Positions 18,901 through 30,825 of a stretch of 64,000 nt of DNA are shown piece by piece. Position 1 is the first letter of the stretch. Every line of letters starts with the position of its first letter. A program made the translations under genes and the position numbers. The notes beneath the pieces were generated by a model. That model saw nothing but the letters and a program-made list of their open reading frames with translations. It was not told the DNA's origin and searched no databases. This DNA comes from Pseudomonadota bacterium (GTDB lineage: Bacteria; Myxococcota_A; UBA796; GCA-2862545), in the NCBI GenBank assembly GCA_023954855.1, contig JAGSGY010000015.1, forward strand, positions 8,553 through 72,552, written 5' to 3'.

Positions 18901-21185
18901 TGGAAGAGGTTCCCGCCCACCTCGACCGGCTCAACCCCCAGCAGTACGACGCCGTCACCTCGATCGACGGTCCGCTGCTGATTCTCGCTGGCGCTGGCTC
19001 GGGCAAGACGCGGGTGCTCACTCGTCGCATCGCGCAGCTCCTGCACAAGGGCGTGGATCCGAAGAGCATCCTCGCCGTGACCTTCACCAACAAGGCCGCG
19101 GCCGAGATGAAGGAGCGCGTGATCGAGCTGGTCGGCGAGGCCGGTAGTCGCGTCTGGGTCTCGACCTTTCACAGCAGCTGCGGCCGAATTCTCCGCAGTG
19201 ACATCGAGGCGCTCGGCTGGACGCGTCGGTTCGCGATCTACGACGATGACGACCAGCTGCGCATCCTGAAGGAGATCGTCAAGCGCGAGGGCTACGACTC
19301 CGAGCGGGTCGTGGCCAAGAAGATCTTGCAGCAGATCGACTACCACAAGAACCGCATGACGACGATCGACGACCTGATCAAGTCCAAGCGGTCACACGGC
19401 AACGACATGGTCGTGAAGATGTGGAAGCAGTACGAAGAGGCGCTCCGCATCGCCGATGCCATCGACTTCAACGACTTGATCGGGCTGACGGTTCGCCTGT
19501 TCAAGGAGCATCCCGAGATTCTCGAGAAGTGGCGGGAGCGCTTTCACTACGTGCTCGTCGACGAGTACCAGGACACGAACCAGGCGCAGTACCAGCTGCT
19601 TCGAAGCCTGGCCGATGGACACCGGAACCTCGCGGTCGTCGGTGATGATGACCAGTCGATCTACGGATTTCGCGGCGCGGACGTGCAGAACATCCTGAAC
19701 TTCCAGGATGACTTTCCCGAGGCCCAGGTGATTCGCCTCGAGCAGAACTACCGCTCGACGGGCAACATCCTCGCGGTCTCGAATGCGGTCATCGCGAAGA
19801 ACGCCGAGCGACTCGAGAAGAAGCTCTGGACCGAGGAAGGCGGAGGGGCCCAGGTCACGCTCAAGTCCTGCAACGACGCGGATGGCGAGGCTGCATTCGT
19901 CCTTCAGGGCATCCAGACCCTGCGCCGGCGTCGCAACCTCAAGTACGGCGACTTTGCCGTCATCTACCGCACCAACGCGATGAGTCGGCCGATCGAGCGC
20001 GTGCTCGCCCGACAGCGCATTCCGTACAAGGTGGTGGGTGGCCGCAAGTTCTACGAGCGGCGCGAGGTCCGGGACATGCTGTCCTACCTGCGTCTGGTGA
20101 CCAACCCCGCCGATGATGCCGCGTTCTTGCGGGTCATCAACGTGCCGAGCCGTGGAGTGGGCCCAAAGACGGTGTCGAAGCTTCGCGAGTCCGCGACGGC
20201 ACGCGGTGAGCCTTTGCTCCGTACCGCCCGAGCGACTTCTCAGGGTGCCACCGACAAGCGCGGAAAGGCGATCCAGGCCTTCGTGAAGCTCATCGACGAG
20301 CTGACGGATGAAGCGCGCATGCTCGAGCCCCCGACCTTGGTGGCACGGCTCGTGGCCGAGTCCGGGTACAAGGCGATGCTCGAAGAAGAGGACACGCGCG
20401 AGTCAAAGGGTCGGCTCGAGAATCTCGACCAGCTCTGCAAGGACGCTGCGACGCCGCTCGATGAAGAGGTCATCACCACTTCACCGGTTGAGCGGCTTCG
20501 CCTCTGGCTCGATCGGGTGGCGCTTACGGGGGCGGCCGATGAGGTGCCGGATGGCGGGCAGGTCACGCTGATGACCGTGCACAGTTCGAAGGGGCTCGAG
20601 TACCCCGCGGTGTTCGTCATTCAGATGCAGATCGGCTCGTTTCCGCACTCGCGCTGCTTGGACACCCCAGCCGAGTTCGCGGAGGAGCGGCGCCTCGCCT
20701 ACGTCGCGTTCACGCGAGCCCAGAAGTACCTGGTCGTGTCGCGAATCTCGAGGGTCGACGGCACCAATGAGCTCGTCCGTGAACGGGCGCTGGAGCTGGG
20801 TGCCTCGCCGTTTCTCTACGACCTGCCCTCCGAGGTGGTGGCAGGGGACGTGCCCTCCTTTGCGGGCCCGGGCGAGATCGAAGAAGAGCCAATCGCCCCG
20901 CAGCTCTCTTCTGAGAACAAGGGTCGGCTCGCAGCCCTCATGCGTCAGGCGAAGGGACGGCGCGCTCAGGCCCGCGCGAGCCTTCCGGAGCACGTCACGC
21001 TCTGTGAGATCGAGGGCATCGAGGATCTCGAAACTGGGGCGCGGCTGTTTCACCCGGATCATGGTCTGTTGACGATCGAGGGTCTGGAAGGAGGAGGGGG
21101 AAAGCTTCTGATCCGGGCGAGCCACGAGACCGGCCGGGTGCGGAAGATCGCACCGAGCCCTCACCTTCGGCTCGTCAGGGACTGA
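18900..21185 (+). CDS. uvrD: UvrD/PcrA/Rep-family ATP-dependent DNA helicase
   Basis: Walker A AGAGSGKTRVLTRRIA, helicase motifs (TFTNKAA, VLVDEYQDTN, VGDDDQSIYGFRGA), 761 aa. ATG overlaps upstream stop (TAATG). Confidence 0.95.
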   Translation: MEEVPAHLDRLNPQQYDAVTSIDGPLLILAGAGSGKTRVLTRRIAQLLHKGVDPKSILAVTFTNKAAAEMKERVIELVGEAGSRVWVSTFHSSCGRILRSDIEALGWTRRFAIYDDDDQLRILKEIVKREGYDSERVVAKKILQQIDYHKNRMTTIDDLIKSKRSHGNDMVVKMWKQYEEALRIADAIDFNDLIGLTVRLFKEHPEILEKWRERFHYVLVDEYQDTNQAQYQLLRSLADGHRNLAVVGDDDQSIYGFRGADVQNILNFQDDFPEAQVIRLEQNYRSTGNILAVSNAVIAKNAERLEKKLWTEEGGGAQVTLKSCNDADGEAAFVLQGIQTLRRRRNLKYGDFAVIYRTNAMSRPIERVLARQRIPYKVVGGRKFYERREVRDMLSYLRLVTNPADDAAFLRVINVPSRGVGPKTVSKLRESATARGEPLLRTARATSQGATDKRGKAIQAFVKLIDELTDEARMLEPPTLVARLVAESGYKAMLEEEDTRESKGRLENLDQLCKDAATPLDEEVITTSPVERLRLWLDRVALTGAADEVPDGGQVTLMTVHSSKGLEYPAVFVIQMQIGSFPHSRCLDTPAEFAEERRLAYVAFTRAQKYLVVSRISRVDGTNELVRERALELGASPFLYDLPSEVVAGDVPSFAGPGEIEEEPIAPQLSSENKGRLAALMRQAKGRRAQARASLPEHVTLCEIEGIEDLETGARLFHPDHGLLTIEGLEGGGGKLLIRASHETGRVRKIAPSPHLRLVRD

Positions 21186-21237
21186 TCTTCGCGGCCCCCC
21201 TTGTGCTACCTTCAGCGCTCGGAGGGATGGCCGAGCC

Positions 21238-22787
21238 ATGATCGTCTCCTGCCCCTCGTGCGAGGAGCGCTACAAGTTCAGCGAGGAGAAACTCGGCAAA
21301 CGAGGGGCCAAGATTACTTGCCCTAAGTGCCGGCATGTCTTCGTCGTTTATAAGGACCGGGAAACCGAGAGTCTCGGGCGAAAGTCGGCGGATGGCACCA
21401 TCACCGCAGACGAGCGTGCGACGGCCCAGCCCGCGCCTCCACGCAATCCGTGGCCTCGTGACTTTCCGACGTGGAGTTTTCGGGAGCTCGGTGCCACGTG
21501 GCGGGTGCGCAAGCTCCAAGGCATGACCTACGAGTTCTACTCGCTCGAGGAGCTCAACGGCTTCCTTGAGGAGCGGCAGGTCAGTCGGTCCGATCAGATC
21601 TCGATCGATGGGCGTGACTGGCATGCCATCGAGGACTTCTCGAACTTGACGGCCTACTTCTACGACACGTGGAAGCGCGTCGAGTCGGGCGAGATTCAGC
21701 TCGACGACGAAGAAGACGAAGAGGACGAGGCCGACGCGCCGACGACGATTATGGGTGCGGCGAGCAGCCTCGCTGACGAGATTCGTCGTGCGGTGCAAGA
21801 CGCGCGCACTCCAGCTCCGTCCCCAAGCCGTGTGTCGGCGACTCCAGCGAGCGCGACACCGCGAACGTCCTCTCCACGTGAGACCTCGCCGGATCAAACG
21901 GGCGATCACGCAGGATTCGTCACGCCCCCGCCGGCGCAGCCGAGCTGGGGCGGTCCGATGGATGAGCCCGAGCCGACCTCCAAGGCGCGAAGCTGGTCGC
22001 CGCCTCCACGTGAGCCGTCTCCTGCCCCGGCGCCCGCCGCGCCGGTGGTTCCACCCAGGCCCGAGCGCGCTCCCACGACAGGTGGGCCCTCGAGCTTTGG
22101 GAACGCCAAGCGTGGCTACGGGTCGAATGTGCCGCTGCCGGACGCCTCGGCGCCGATCAGCGCCCCCCCACCGGGCATCCATGACCCATTCACGGCCATG
22201 GCTCAGGATGGGCCACCTGCCCCGGCTTTCTCGGAGACCGTCGCACCCGAACCGCCGCCCAAGAAAGAGGCGCGGGCCTCCGGTGGTGGTGGCGGTCTTG
22301 TCGGCATGGCAATGGGGCTCTTGGTCTTGCTTGTGCTGGCGATCGCCGGTGGCGTTGCTGGGCTCAAGCTCGGTGTGATTCCCGCCGATGTCGTACCCGT
22401 GGACTTGCCAGCGGTGTTGCTGCCGACCGATGCCGCCGAGGCGGGCCCCGAGGGCCAGGCCGCTCCTGAAGGCGACGAGGGCACGGAGGCGGCGCCCGAG
22501 ACGGAAGAGGCCCCGGCATTCGCCCAGCCGGTTCCGGTCAAGCCCGCTCCCGTCAAGCCGGCGCCTGCTCCGGTGCCATTCGCCGTTCCGAAGCCAAAGC
22601 CCGTTGAGGCACCAAAGCCCGAGGCCAAGCCCGCCCCGGCGCCGTTTGTGGTGCCAGCGAAGCCCGCGCCCGTCGCCGAGCCGGAGCCCGAAGAACGGCC
22701 CGCGTTTGTCGTTCCGCCCAAGCCTGCACCTGCCCCAGAGCCGGAGCCCTCGGGCGTGATTGAATTGCCGCAGCCGGAGGAGGCCCC

Positions 22788-22791
<4 letters not shown>
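21238..22791 (+). CDS. MJ0042-type zinc-ribbon / GYF-like (DUF4339) / Pro-rich / TM protein
   Basis: [14 protein letters not shown]...[12 protein letters not shown] zinc ribbon. [50 protein letters not shown]-like. One TM helix ([16 protein letters not shown]). Pro/Lys/Ala low-complexity tail. Confidence 0.8.
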
Positions 22792-24353
<1,562 letters not shown>

Positions 24354-24412
24354 GCGGCTGCCCGGGTTAGCTTGCACGCCACGCCGTCCCCAGAGGGACC
24401 CGGAGGATTCTC

Positions 24413-24715
24413 ATGGCCGAAAAGAACCTGGAAGACGACTACTTTGCCCGCCTCGATGCCGAGAAGCGCGAGGCCCTCAAGCGCCGCCTCGACGGCGAGG
24501 CCTCTGTCGCCGCGGACGACGCGCTCCGCGAGCTTCACCACTTCAAGTGCGGCAAGTGCGGGCACGACATGACCACCCAGCTCTTCCGCGGCATCGAGAT
24601 CGAGGTGTGTGGCACCTGTCAGGCTGTGCTGCTCGATCCCGGCGAGCTCGAGCAGCTCGCGGGCTCGGATGAAGGCCTGTTCAAGGACTTCTTTGGCTTC
24701 CTCGGCCGCAAGTAA
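24413..24715 (+). CDS. TFIIB-type zinc-ribbon (zf-TFIIB / DUF) small protein
   Basis: FKCGKCGHDMT...IEIEVCGTCQAVLLDPGELEQL fits the zf-TFIIB C4 ribbon pattern. GGAGG SD upstream. 100 aa. Confidence 0.75.
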   Translation: MAEKNLEDDYFARLDAEKREALKRRLDGEASVAADDALRELHHFKCGKCGHDMTTQLFRGIEIEVCGTCQAVLLDPGELEQLAGSDEGLFKDFFGFLGRK

Positions 24716-24720
24716 GTCGG

Positions 24721-25311
24721 CTAGAGGCCCGCTCCCGCCGCGGCCTGCACCAACTCCGGGTAGCGCGCGTCAGCGGTGGTGAGAACGCCTTCGAGGGTGG
24801 CCTTGAAGGCTTCGTAACCGAGGCCGTCGGCAATCTGCATCTCAGACGAGAGCACGACGTCGCCGGTCTCTGGATTGAGCTGGAACTTGCCGAGCAGCAG
24901 GTCGTAGTTGAGGGTCGTGAGCTGGACCATCAGCAACACCACGGTCTCCGGGCTCTGCGCGTCGTCGAGAGACAGGTAGTCGCGGGTCGCGATGTACAGG
25001 ACATCCGCGGGCTCGAAGTGCTGGATGGTCACTGAGAAGGTCGTCTCTCGGCCCTCGAAGTCCATGCGAATGAAGCCGCGATCGGGTCCCCATCCCCAGT
25101 TGAACCCCGCGCGGTCCAGGTAGCGGCCTACGGTGTCGAGGTCGGGCTCCCGGGCGAACTGGCTTGGGTCAAAAGCGGTGGACCGCACTTGCTCGAGTGT
25201 CTTGACGAGCTCGGCGTTCTCTTGGCGAAGCACTTGAGCCTCGAGCTGCAGCAAGCGCTTCGAGGCGCAGCCGCTGAGCACCAGCGCCGCCAGGAGGGGC
25301 CAGAGCTTCAC
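24721..25311 (-). CDS. Lipoprotein with YbjN-like domain
   Basis: MKLWPLLAALVLSGCAS lipobox. Core FIRMDFEGRETTFSVTIQHFEPADVLYIATRDY resembles the YbjN (putative sensory transduction regulator) fold. Confidence 0.65.
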   Translation of the reverse strand: MKLWPLLAALVLSGCASKRLLQLEAQVLRQENAELVKTLEQVRSTAFDPSQFAREPDLDTVGRYLDRAGFNWGWGPDRGFIRMDFEGRETTFSVTIQHFEPADVLYIATRDYLSLDDAQSPETVVLLMVQLTTLNYDLLLGKFQLNPETGDVVLSSEMQIADGLGYEAFKATLEGVLTTADARYPELVQAAAGAGL

Positions 25312-26054
25312 TACTCTGCCGCTTCCAGGCTGACCCGGGGGGCTTCGACGCGGCCGTCGACGATCAGCTGGCCGAAGGCATCACCACCGAAAGTGAGGTC
25401 GAGGCCGGCGCCTTCGGGCTCGATCGTTCCCTCGGCGGGGAAGTCGTACTGGAAGAAGCCAAAGAGGTCCGCGGCAGCCACACCCGAGACATCGCCGAGG
25501 TCGTTGTCGAGGTCGATGATGAAGGCGAGGTCGAGCTCGATGCCCTGAAGGCCCGCAACGCAGGCGGCGGAACCATTGGCGCTCTCGCCGGTGACGTCGA
25601 CCACGACGACCGCTGAACCCGAGCAGGGCGCCTGTATGCCTTGGGTCTCGACATTGGCCGAGAACAGCCCCGCGTAGGTGCCGGCGTAGCGGCTCTGCAC
25701 GCGCACACCCCCGATGGTGTGGGCCAGTCGGTCGCCATTCGGGAGGATGACCTCGGCGGTGATCTCGTGCACGCCTGGCGTGAAGTCGGCGTCGGGCACG
25801 TGTGGGCCGCTCAGCGCGAACTCGCTGTCCTGGTCGGTCGTCCAGACGATCTCGTCGAACTCCCAGATCTCGCCCTCCGGCCCGGTGAGCTCTGCTTGAA
25901 GCTCTTGAGGGGACTCGATCTCGAGGAAGTCGCCCGACCGTGGCGTGACGATGCGGAGCAGGCCGTTCTCCCAGCCCTCGGCATTCGCGGCGGAGAGGGT
26001 AGCGTCGCTGACGCAAGCACTGAGAAGAACCAAAACAGGGAGAAAGCGCGACAT
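25311..26054 (-). CDS. Lipoprotein, hypothetical (co-transcribed with YbjN-like lipoprotein)
   Basis: Start at MSRFLPVLVLLSACVSD (lipobox). Stop overlaps downstream gene start by 1 nt. Confidence 0.7.
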   Translation of the reverse strand: MSRFLPVLVLLSACVSDATLSAANAEGWENGLLRIVTPRSGDFLEIESPQELQAELTGPEGEIWEFDEIVWTTDQDSEFALSGPHVPDADFTPGVHEITAEVILPNGDRLAHTIGGVRVQSRYAGTYAGLFSANVETQGIQAPCSGSAVVVVDVTGESANGSAACVAGLQGIELDLAFIIDLDNDLGDVSGVAAADLFGFFQYDFPAEGTIEPEGAGLDLTFGGDAFGQLIVDGRVEAPRVSLEAAE

Positions 26055-26187
26055 ATCGACTCCAGAGCCCAGGAAATAGCACCTCATCGCGTGGATCGCC
26101 GAAGCCGTTCCACAATTGACGCTTCCTGGAACATAGTTGTGTGGCGCACTCCCGGGCGCGGTTGGTTACCCGGCGTGCGGAGGAAGG

Positions 26188-28026
26188 ATGGCTCAGGGCC
26201 TTGTGGTCGGTACGTCTGGCCACATCGATCACGGGAAGACCTCGTTGGTGCGCGCGCTCACGGGCGTGGACCTCGATGCCCTCCCCGAAGAGCAGGAGCG
26301 AGGCATCACGATCGCGCTCGGCTTCACGCCGCTCGATCTCGATGACGGCCGACGGGTGGCCTTTGTCGACGTTCCCGGGCACGAGCGCTTGGTGCGGACC
26401 ATGGTCGCCGGGGCCGCGGGCGTCGATGCCGTGTTGCTCTGCATCTCAGCGGTCGATGGCACGATGCCTCAGACCCGCGAACACCTCGCGATTCTCGACC
26501 TGCTTGGGGTGACGCAAGGGGCCGTGGTCCTGACGATGGCCGACCTCGTCGACGACGAGCTGCTCGAGATGGCGGCAGAAGACGCCGAGATGCTGGTCGA
26601 GGGCACGTTCCTCGAGGGGGCGCCAGTGGTGCCGTTCTCGTCGGTGACCGGTCGTGGCAAGCCCGAGTTGCTCGAGGTGATTGCCACGTTCGCGCAGACC
26701 GACCGCAGTCCAACCGGTCCGTTCCGACTGCCGGTCGATCGCGCGTTCGTACGGCCTGGCTTTGGCACCGTGGTGACGGGCACGGCATGGTCTGGACGTG
26801 TCTCCGATGGCCAGACGCTGCGCTTGTTGCCCTCCGAGGCGTCGGTTCGCATTCGCGGTGTGCAAGTGCATGGCGAGTCGGTGTCGGAAGCGATTGGCGG
26901 CCAGCGCGTGGCGCTAAACCTGGCAGGGGTCGAGAAGCAGGACGTTCCGCGTGGCACCTTGGTGGTCGGCGGCGACGTGGCCGTGAGCTCGATGCTCGAC
27001 GTGCGCTACACGCACCTTCCCGGGGCTCCCGAACTCGACGATGGGGCGCAGGTCCGCGTGTTGCTCGGCACCTCGGAGCGCATCGGCCGGCTTCACATCG
27101 CTGCCAACAACGACCATCTGGTTCCCGGGCGCACCACAGCGGCGCAGCTCCGCTTGGACAAGCCACTGGCCTGCTTGCCCGGGGATCGGTTTGTGATCCG
27201 CCGCGCGAGTCCGGTGACCACCCTTGGTGGAGGCGTCGTGGTCGACCCTTGGGCGCCGCGTATGCGTCACAAGACGCGGGTGGCGCACGGTGAGGCCATG
27301 AACCGCCTTGCCGATGGCGATGCGGTGGTGTGGCTCGAGCGCGCCGGGGAGGGCGGCCTGTCGCTGGCCGAGTGGTCGCTTCGAGCGGGTGACACCTTGG
27401 CGCCGGTCCTCGGTGAGCGCGTGCTCGCTCCACGGGTTCTCGGACGACTCGAAGGTGCGTTGCTCCAGGCCCTCACCGCCTACCATGCCGAGCTTCCGCT
27501 CTCGCTGGGCGCGCATCGCCGGGAGCTGCGACGCGGGCGGCTGGCCCACGTGGACGAGAAGATCTTCGATGGGCTCGTGGACCGCCTGTCTGACGGGCAC
27601 TTGATCGACGTGCATGGACCGCTGGTTCGTCTCGCCAGTTTCCATGTGGAGCCCACGCCGGAGCAGGTGGTGATCAAGGACAGAGTCGCGGCCTCGTTGG
27701 CGGCCGCAGGCTTTGCCGGTATCGCCCCGAAGGTGCTTCACGAGACCCACTCCGAGCCCGAGGTCGAGGCGCTTGCCAGGCTGCTCGAGGCCGAGGGCGT
27801 CGCGGTGCTTGTTCCGCAAGTGGGCTGGGTCGATGCATCGGTGCTCGAGGGGCTTCGCGTGTCATTGCGAGAGCACTTCGAGGGCGCCGAGTTCCTCACG
27901 CCCGCAGACTTCAAGGCGATGACCTCGTTGTCGCGAAAGACCGCGATTCCGCTGTTGGAGTGGCTCGACAGGTCGAAGTGGACCTCGCGGCGTGGCGAGG
28001 GACGCGTCGTCGGCGCTCAGCTCTAG
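26188..28026 (+). CDS. selB: Selenocysteine-specific translation elongation factor SelB
   Basis: GTSGHIDHGKTSLVRALTG (G1), RGITIALGF, DVPGHERLV (G3), ~613 aa with C-terminal winged-helix region. [11 protein letters not shown] before ATG 26188. Track start 26137 is an upstream extension. Confidence 0.9.
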   Translation: MAQGLVVGTSGHIDHGKTSLVRALTGVDLDALPEEQERGITIALGFTPLDLDDGRRVAFVDVPGHERLVRTMVAGAAGVDAVLLCISAVDGTMPQTREHLAILDLLGVTQGAVVLTMADLVDDELLEMAAEDAEMLVEGTFLEGAPVVPFSSVTGRGKPELLEVIATFAQTDRSPTGPFRLPVDRAFVRPGFGTVVTGTAWSGRVSDGQTLRLLPSEASVRIRGVQVHGESVSEAIGGQRVALNLAGVEKQDVPRGTLVVGGDVAVSSMLDVRYTHLPGAPELDDGAQVRVLLGTSERIGRLHIAANNDHLVPGRTTAAQLRLDKPLACLPGDRFVIRRASPVTTLGGGVVVDPWAPRMRHKTRVAHGEAMNRLADGDAVVWLERAGEGGLSLAEWSLRAGDTLAPVLGERVLAPRVLGRLEGALLQALTAYHAELPLSLGAHRRELRRGRLAHVDEKIFDGLVDRLSDGHLIDVHGPLVRLASFHVEPTPEQVVIKDRVAASLAAAGFAGIAPKVLHETHSEPEVEALARLLEAEGVAVLVPQVGWVDASVLEGLRVSLREHFEGAEFLTPADFKAMTSLSRKTAIPLLEWLDRSKWTSRRGEGRVVGAQL

Positions 28027-28400
28027 CCGACCCACTCGCGCACGTCGGTGCGAATCAACAGGCCGATGATCACCAGCGAGAGGGGGCTGCAGCACGGGTT
28101 GAGGACCAGGTGCACACCGGCGATGGCAAGGCTGATCAGCCAGGCCCAAGGACGTCGCGTCGCGAGTCCCCAAACACAGAGCAGGCCGCTTGCCGCGAGC
28201 ACAGCGCCTCCGAGAAAGGGCACGAGGCCTGCCGCTGGAACCATGTACGCAGGGGGTGCGGACGGAATGTTCTGCAGCACCGTCTGGATCCAGGCGTAGT
28301 AGGCACCCGCCGAGGCGCCCATCACCACGTCGAAGACCGCCTGACCGAGCAGCATGTACTGGATTGCGAGAACCGCGGTCGGCCGAGTCGCTTCGTCCAC
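28023..28400 (-). CDS. Small integral membrane protein, hypothetical
   Basis: 125 aa with 3-4 predicted TM helices. Stop codon overlaps selB stop (CTAG). Confidence 0.45.
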   Translation of the reverse strand: MDEATRPTAVLAIQYMLLGQAVFDVVMGASAGAYYAWIQTVLQNIPSAPPAYMVPAAGLVPFLGGAVLAASGLLCVWGLATRRPWAWLISLAIAGVHLVLNPCCSPLSLVIIGLLIRTDVREWVG

Positions 28401-28498
28401 CTCTTCTCCCGTGGGCTCTGCGCATGGCTATCCCTCGCGTTCGCGGCATGCCAAGCAGGTCGCTGCGGGATAGGTCTCGCCGTCACGAGAGGAGACCG

Positions 28499-30253
28499 AT
28501 GCTCACCGAACGCACCCACACCGCCGGCGAACTGCGGCGCGAACACGCAGGAACCACCGTTGTCCTTCAGGGCTGGGCTGCGCGCGTGCGAGATCGCGGC
28601 GGCGTCACCTTCATCGTGCTGCGCGATCGGTACGGCAAGGTCCAGGTGACCGTCGATGAGCGCTGCTCCGAGGCCATTCGCGAGGTCGCGAAGTCGGTCC
28701 GCCAAGAGTACGTCGTTCAGGTCTCCGGCGAGGTGGTCGAGCGTTACCGCGAGAACAACGACATGGCGACTGGCGCCATCGAGATCGTTCCGACCGCACT
28801 CGAGGTGCTCTCCGGCACTCGTCCGCTTCCGTTCGCGCTCGACGAGCACATGGACGCCCACGAAGAGACCCGTCTTCGTTACCGCTTCCTCGATCTTCGT
28901 CGTCCCCAGCTGCAGCGGAACATGATCTTGCGTCACAAGGCGGCCCTCGCCGTGCGCCGTGCGCTCGATTCGCAGGACTTCCTCGAGATCGAGACGCCGA
29001 TGCTCACCAAGGCCACGCCCGAAGGCGCGCGCGACTACGTCGTGCCCAGCCGCGTGCATCCCGGCCACTGGTACGCGCTTCCGCAGTCGCCGCAGATCTT
29101 CAAGCAGATCTTGATGGTGGCCGGCATGGACCGCTACTTCCAGATCGTGCGCTGCTTCCGCGACGAGGACCTGCGTGCCGACCGTCAGCCCGAGTTCACG
29201 CAGATCGACATCGAGATGTCGTTCGCGACGCAGGACATGGTGCTCACCGCCGCCGAGAAGGTGGTGCGGGCGATGTGGGCAGAGGCCGGTCACGAGATCG
29301 CCGAGATCCCGCGGCTGACCTTCGCCGAAGCCATGGACCGCTTCGGTGTCGACAACCCCGACATGCGCTTCGGCATGGAGCTGTGCACGATCACTTCCGA
29401 GCTCGGCGACAGCAGCTTCCCGCCGATCGCCAACGCCATCGCCGACGGCGGCATCGTCAAGGGCTTCGTGCTCAAGGGCGGCGCCGAGGGCAACTCACGC
29501 AAGGTGCTCGATGGCTGGACGGCGTTTGTGCGCGGCTACGGTCTCGGCGGCCTGCTCTGGGGCAAGGTCACCGCCGATGGTGCGACCGGACCGCTCGGCA
29601 AGGTCGTTCCCGACGCGCCCGGCATGCTCGCAGCGATGGGTGCCGAGCCCGGCGACCTCGTGCTGGTCGGAGCTGGCGAAGAGGACCTCGTCAACACCGG
29701 CATCGGCCGACTTCGCGTCAAGGTGGCCAAGGACAAGGAGCTCATCGAGCCCGGCCTCTTCACCTTCTGCTGGGTGGTCGACTTCCCGCTGTTCGAGAAG
29801 GACGGAGACGGCGGCTGGACCCCGATGCACCACCCCTTCACCTCGCCCAAGCCGCAGCACCTCGGCCATCTCGAGGACGGCAACCTCGGCGCCATCCTCT
29901 CGGATGCCTACGACCTCGTCTGCAACGGCAGCGAGCTCGGTGGCGGCTCGATTCGTATCCACCGCGAGGATGTGCAGCAGCAGATCTTCCGCGCGCTGGG
30001 CATTGACGAGCAAGAGCAGCGCGAGAAGTTCGGCTTCCTGCTCGACGCACTCGCACACGGTGCTCCGCCGCACGGTGGACTGGCCTTCGGACTCGACCGC
30101 TGCGTCATGCTTCTCGCCGAGGCCGACTCGCTGCGCGACGTCATCGCCTTCCCGAAGACGACGAGCGCTCAGGACGTGATGTGTGGCGCGCCCTCCAAGG
30201 TCGACAACGCCGAGCTCGATGAGCTTCACGTGAAGAACCTGGACCGCGGATGA
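28499..30253 (+). CDS. aspS: Aspartate--tRNA ligase
   Basis: [50 protein letters not shown] (OB-fold anticodon-binding), class II motifs ([40 protein letters not shown]). GAGGAG SD upstream of ATG 28499. Confidence 0.95.
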   Translation: MLTERTHTAGELRREHAGTTVVLQGWAARVRDRGGVTFIVLRDRYGKVQVTVDERCSEAIREVAKSVRQEYVVQVSGEVVERYRENNDMATGAIEIVPTALEVLSGTRPLPFALDEHMDAHEETRLRYRFLDLRRPQLQRNMILRHKAALAVRRALDSQDFLEIETPMLTKATPEGARDYVVPSRVHPGHWYALPQSPQIFKQILMVAGMDRYFQIVRCFRDEDLRADRQPEFTQIDIEMSFATQDMVLTAAEKVVRAMWAEAGHEIAEIPRLTFAEAMDRFGVDNPDMRFGMELCTITSELGDSSFPPIANAIADGGIVKGFVLKGGAEGNSRKVLDGWTAFVRGYGLGGLLWGKVTADGATGPLGKVVPDAPGMLAAMGAEPGDLVLVGAGEEDLVNTGIGRLRVKVAKDKELIEPGLFTFCWVVDFPLFEKDGDGGWTPMHHPFTSPKPQHLGHLEDGNLGAILSDAYDLVCNGSELGGGSIRIHREDVQQQIFRALGIDEQEQREKFGFLLDALAHGAPPHGGLAFGLDRCVMLLAEADSLRDVIAFPKTTSAQDVMCGAPSKVDNAELDELHVKNLDRG

Positions 30254-30825
30254 CGGTCTACTCGAAGCGCCTGGACGAAGCGGTTGCACTCGCGGTGCGC
30301 GAGTTTCGGCCGGTCGTGCGCAAGGGCACCACGGTGCCCTACATCACCCACCTGTTTGGCGTGATGGCGCTCGTCGGCGAGTTCGGGGGCGACGAAGACC
30401 AGCTGATTGCGGCCGTGCTCCACGACTTCCTCGAGGACATCGAGTCCTCGTCCGAAGAAGCGATGCGCGCCCAGTTTGGCGACCGGGTGACGCGCATGGT
30501 CGTGCAGTGCACCGACACGACTCAGATCCCGAAGCCACCGTGGCGGCATCGCAAACAGAAGCACCTGGCGAAGGTGCTCGGCCTGCCCGACGACACCCGT
30601 CTCGTGATGTGCGCGGACAAGCTCCACAACTGCACCACCCTCGTGCGCGATGTGCGGCATGAGGGCGTAGCGACGCTCGAACGCTTCACGGGCAAGCGGG
30701 AAGGCACGCTCTGGTACTACCGCGAGATGGCGGTGGCCCTGGGCATGGGCTGGCGCCACCCGATCCTCGATGTGTTCGAGCGGACGGTCTCGGATCTCGA
30801 AGAGGCGGCCGGGGTATTGCGATGA
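30250..30825 (+). CDS. HD-domain protein, Mesh1/SpoT-like small alarmone ((p)ppGpp) hydrolase family
   Basis: [13 protein letters not shown]...[12 protein letters not shown] (H...HD metal site) and [12 protein letters not shown] (cf. Mesh1 KLADKLYNLRDL). ATG overlaps aspS stop (ATGA). Confidence 0.75.
   Translation: MTVYSKRLDEAVALAVREFRPVVRKGTTVPYITHLFGVMALVGEFGGDEDQLIAAVLHDFLEDIESSSEEAMRAQFGDRVTRMVVQCTDTTQIPKPPWRHRKQKHLAKVLGLPDDTRLVMCADKLHNCTTLVRDVRHEGVATLERFTGKREGTLWYYREMAVALGMGWRHPILDVFERTVSDLEEAAGVLR

Noticed and set aside
26088-26187. Search for tRNA-Sec or any tRNA in intergenic regions
   Set aside because: No GTTCGAATC-type T-arm or cloverleaf-compatible sequence in any gap larger than 60 nt. 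No RNA genes are called.
26324-27819. 369-aa and 301-aa minus-strand ORFs inside selB
   Set aside because: Antisense to SelB. Extremely Arg/Pro-rich.
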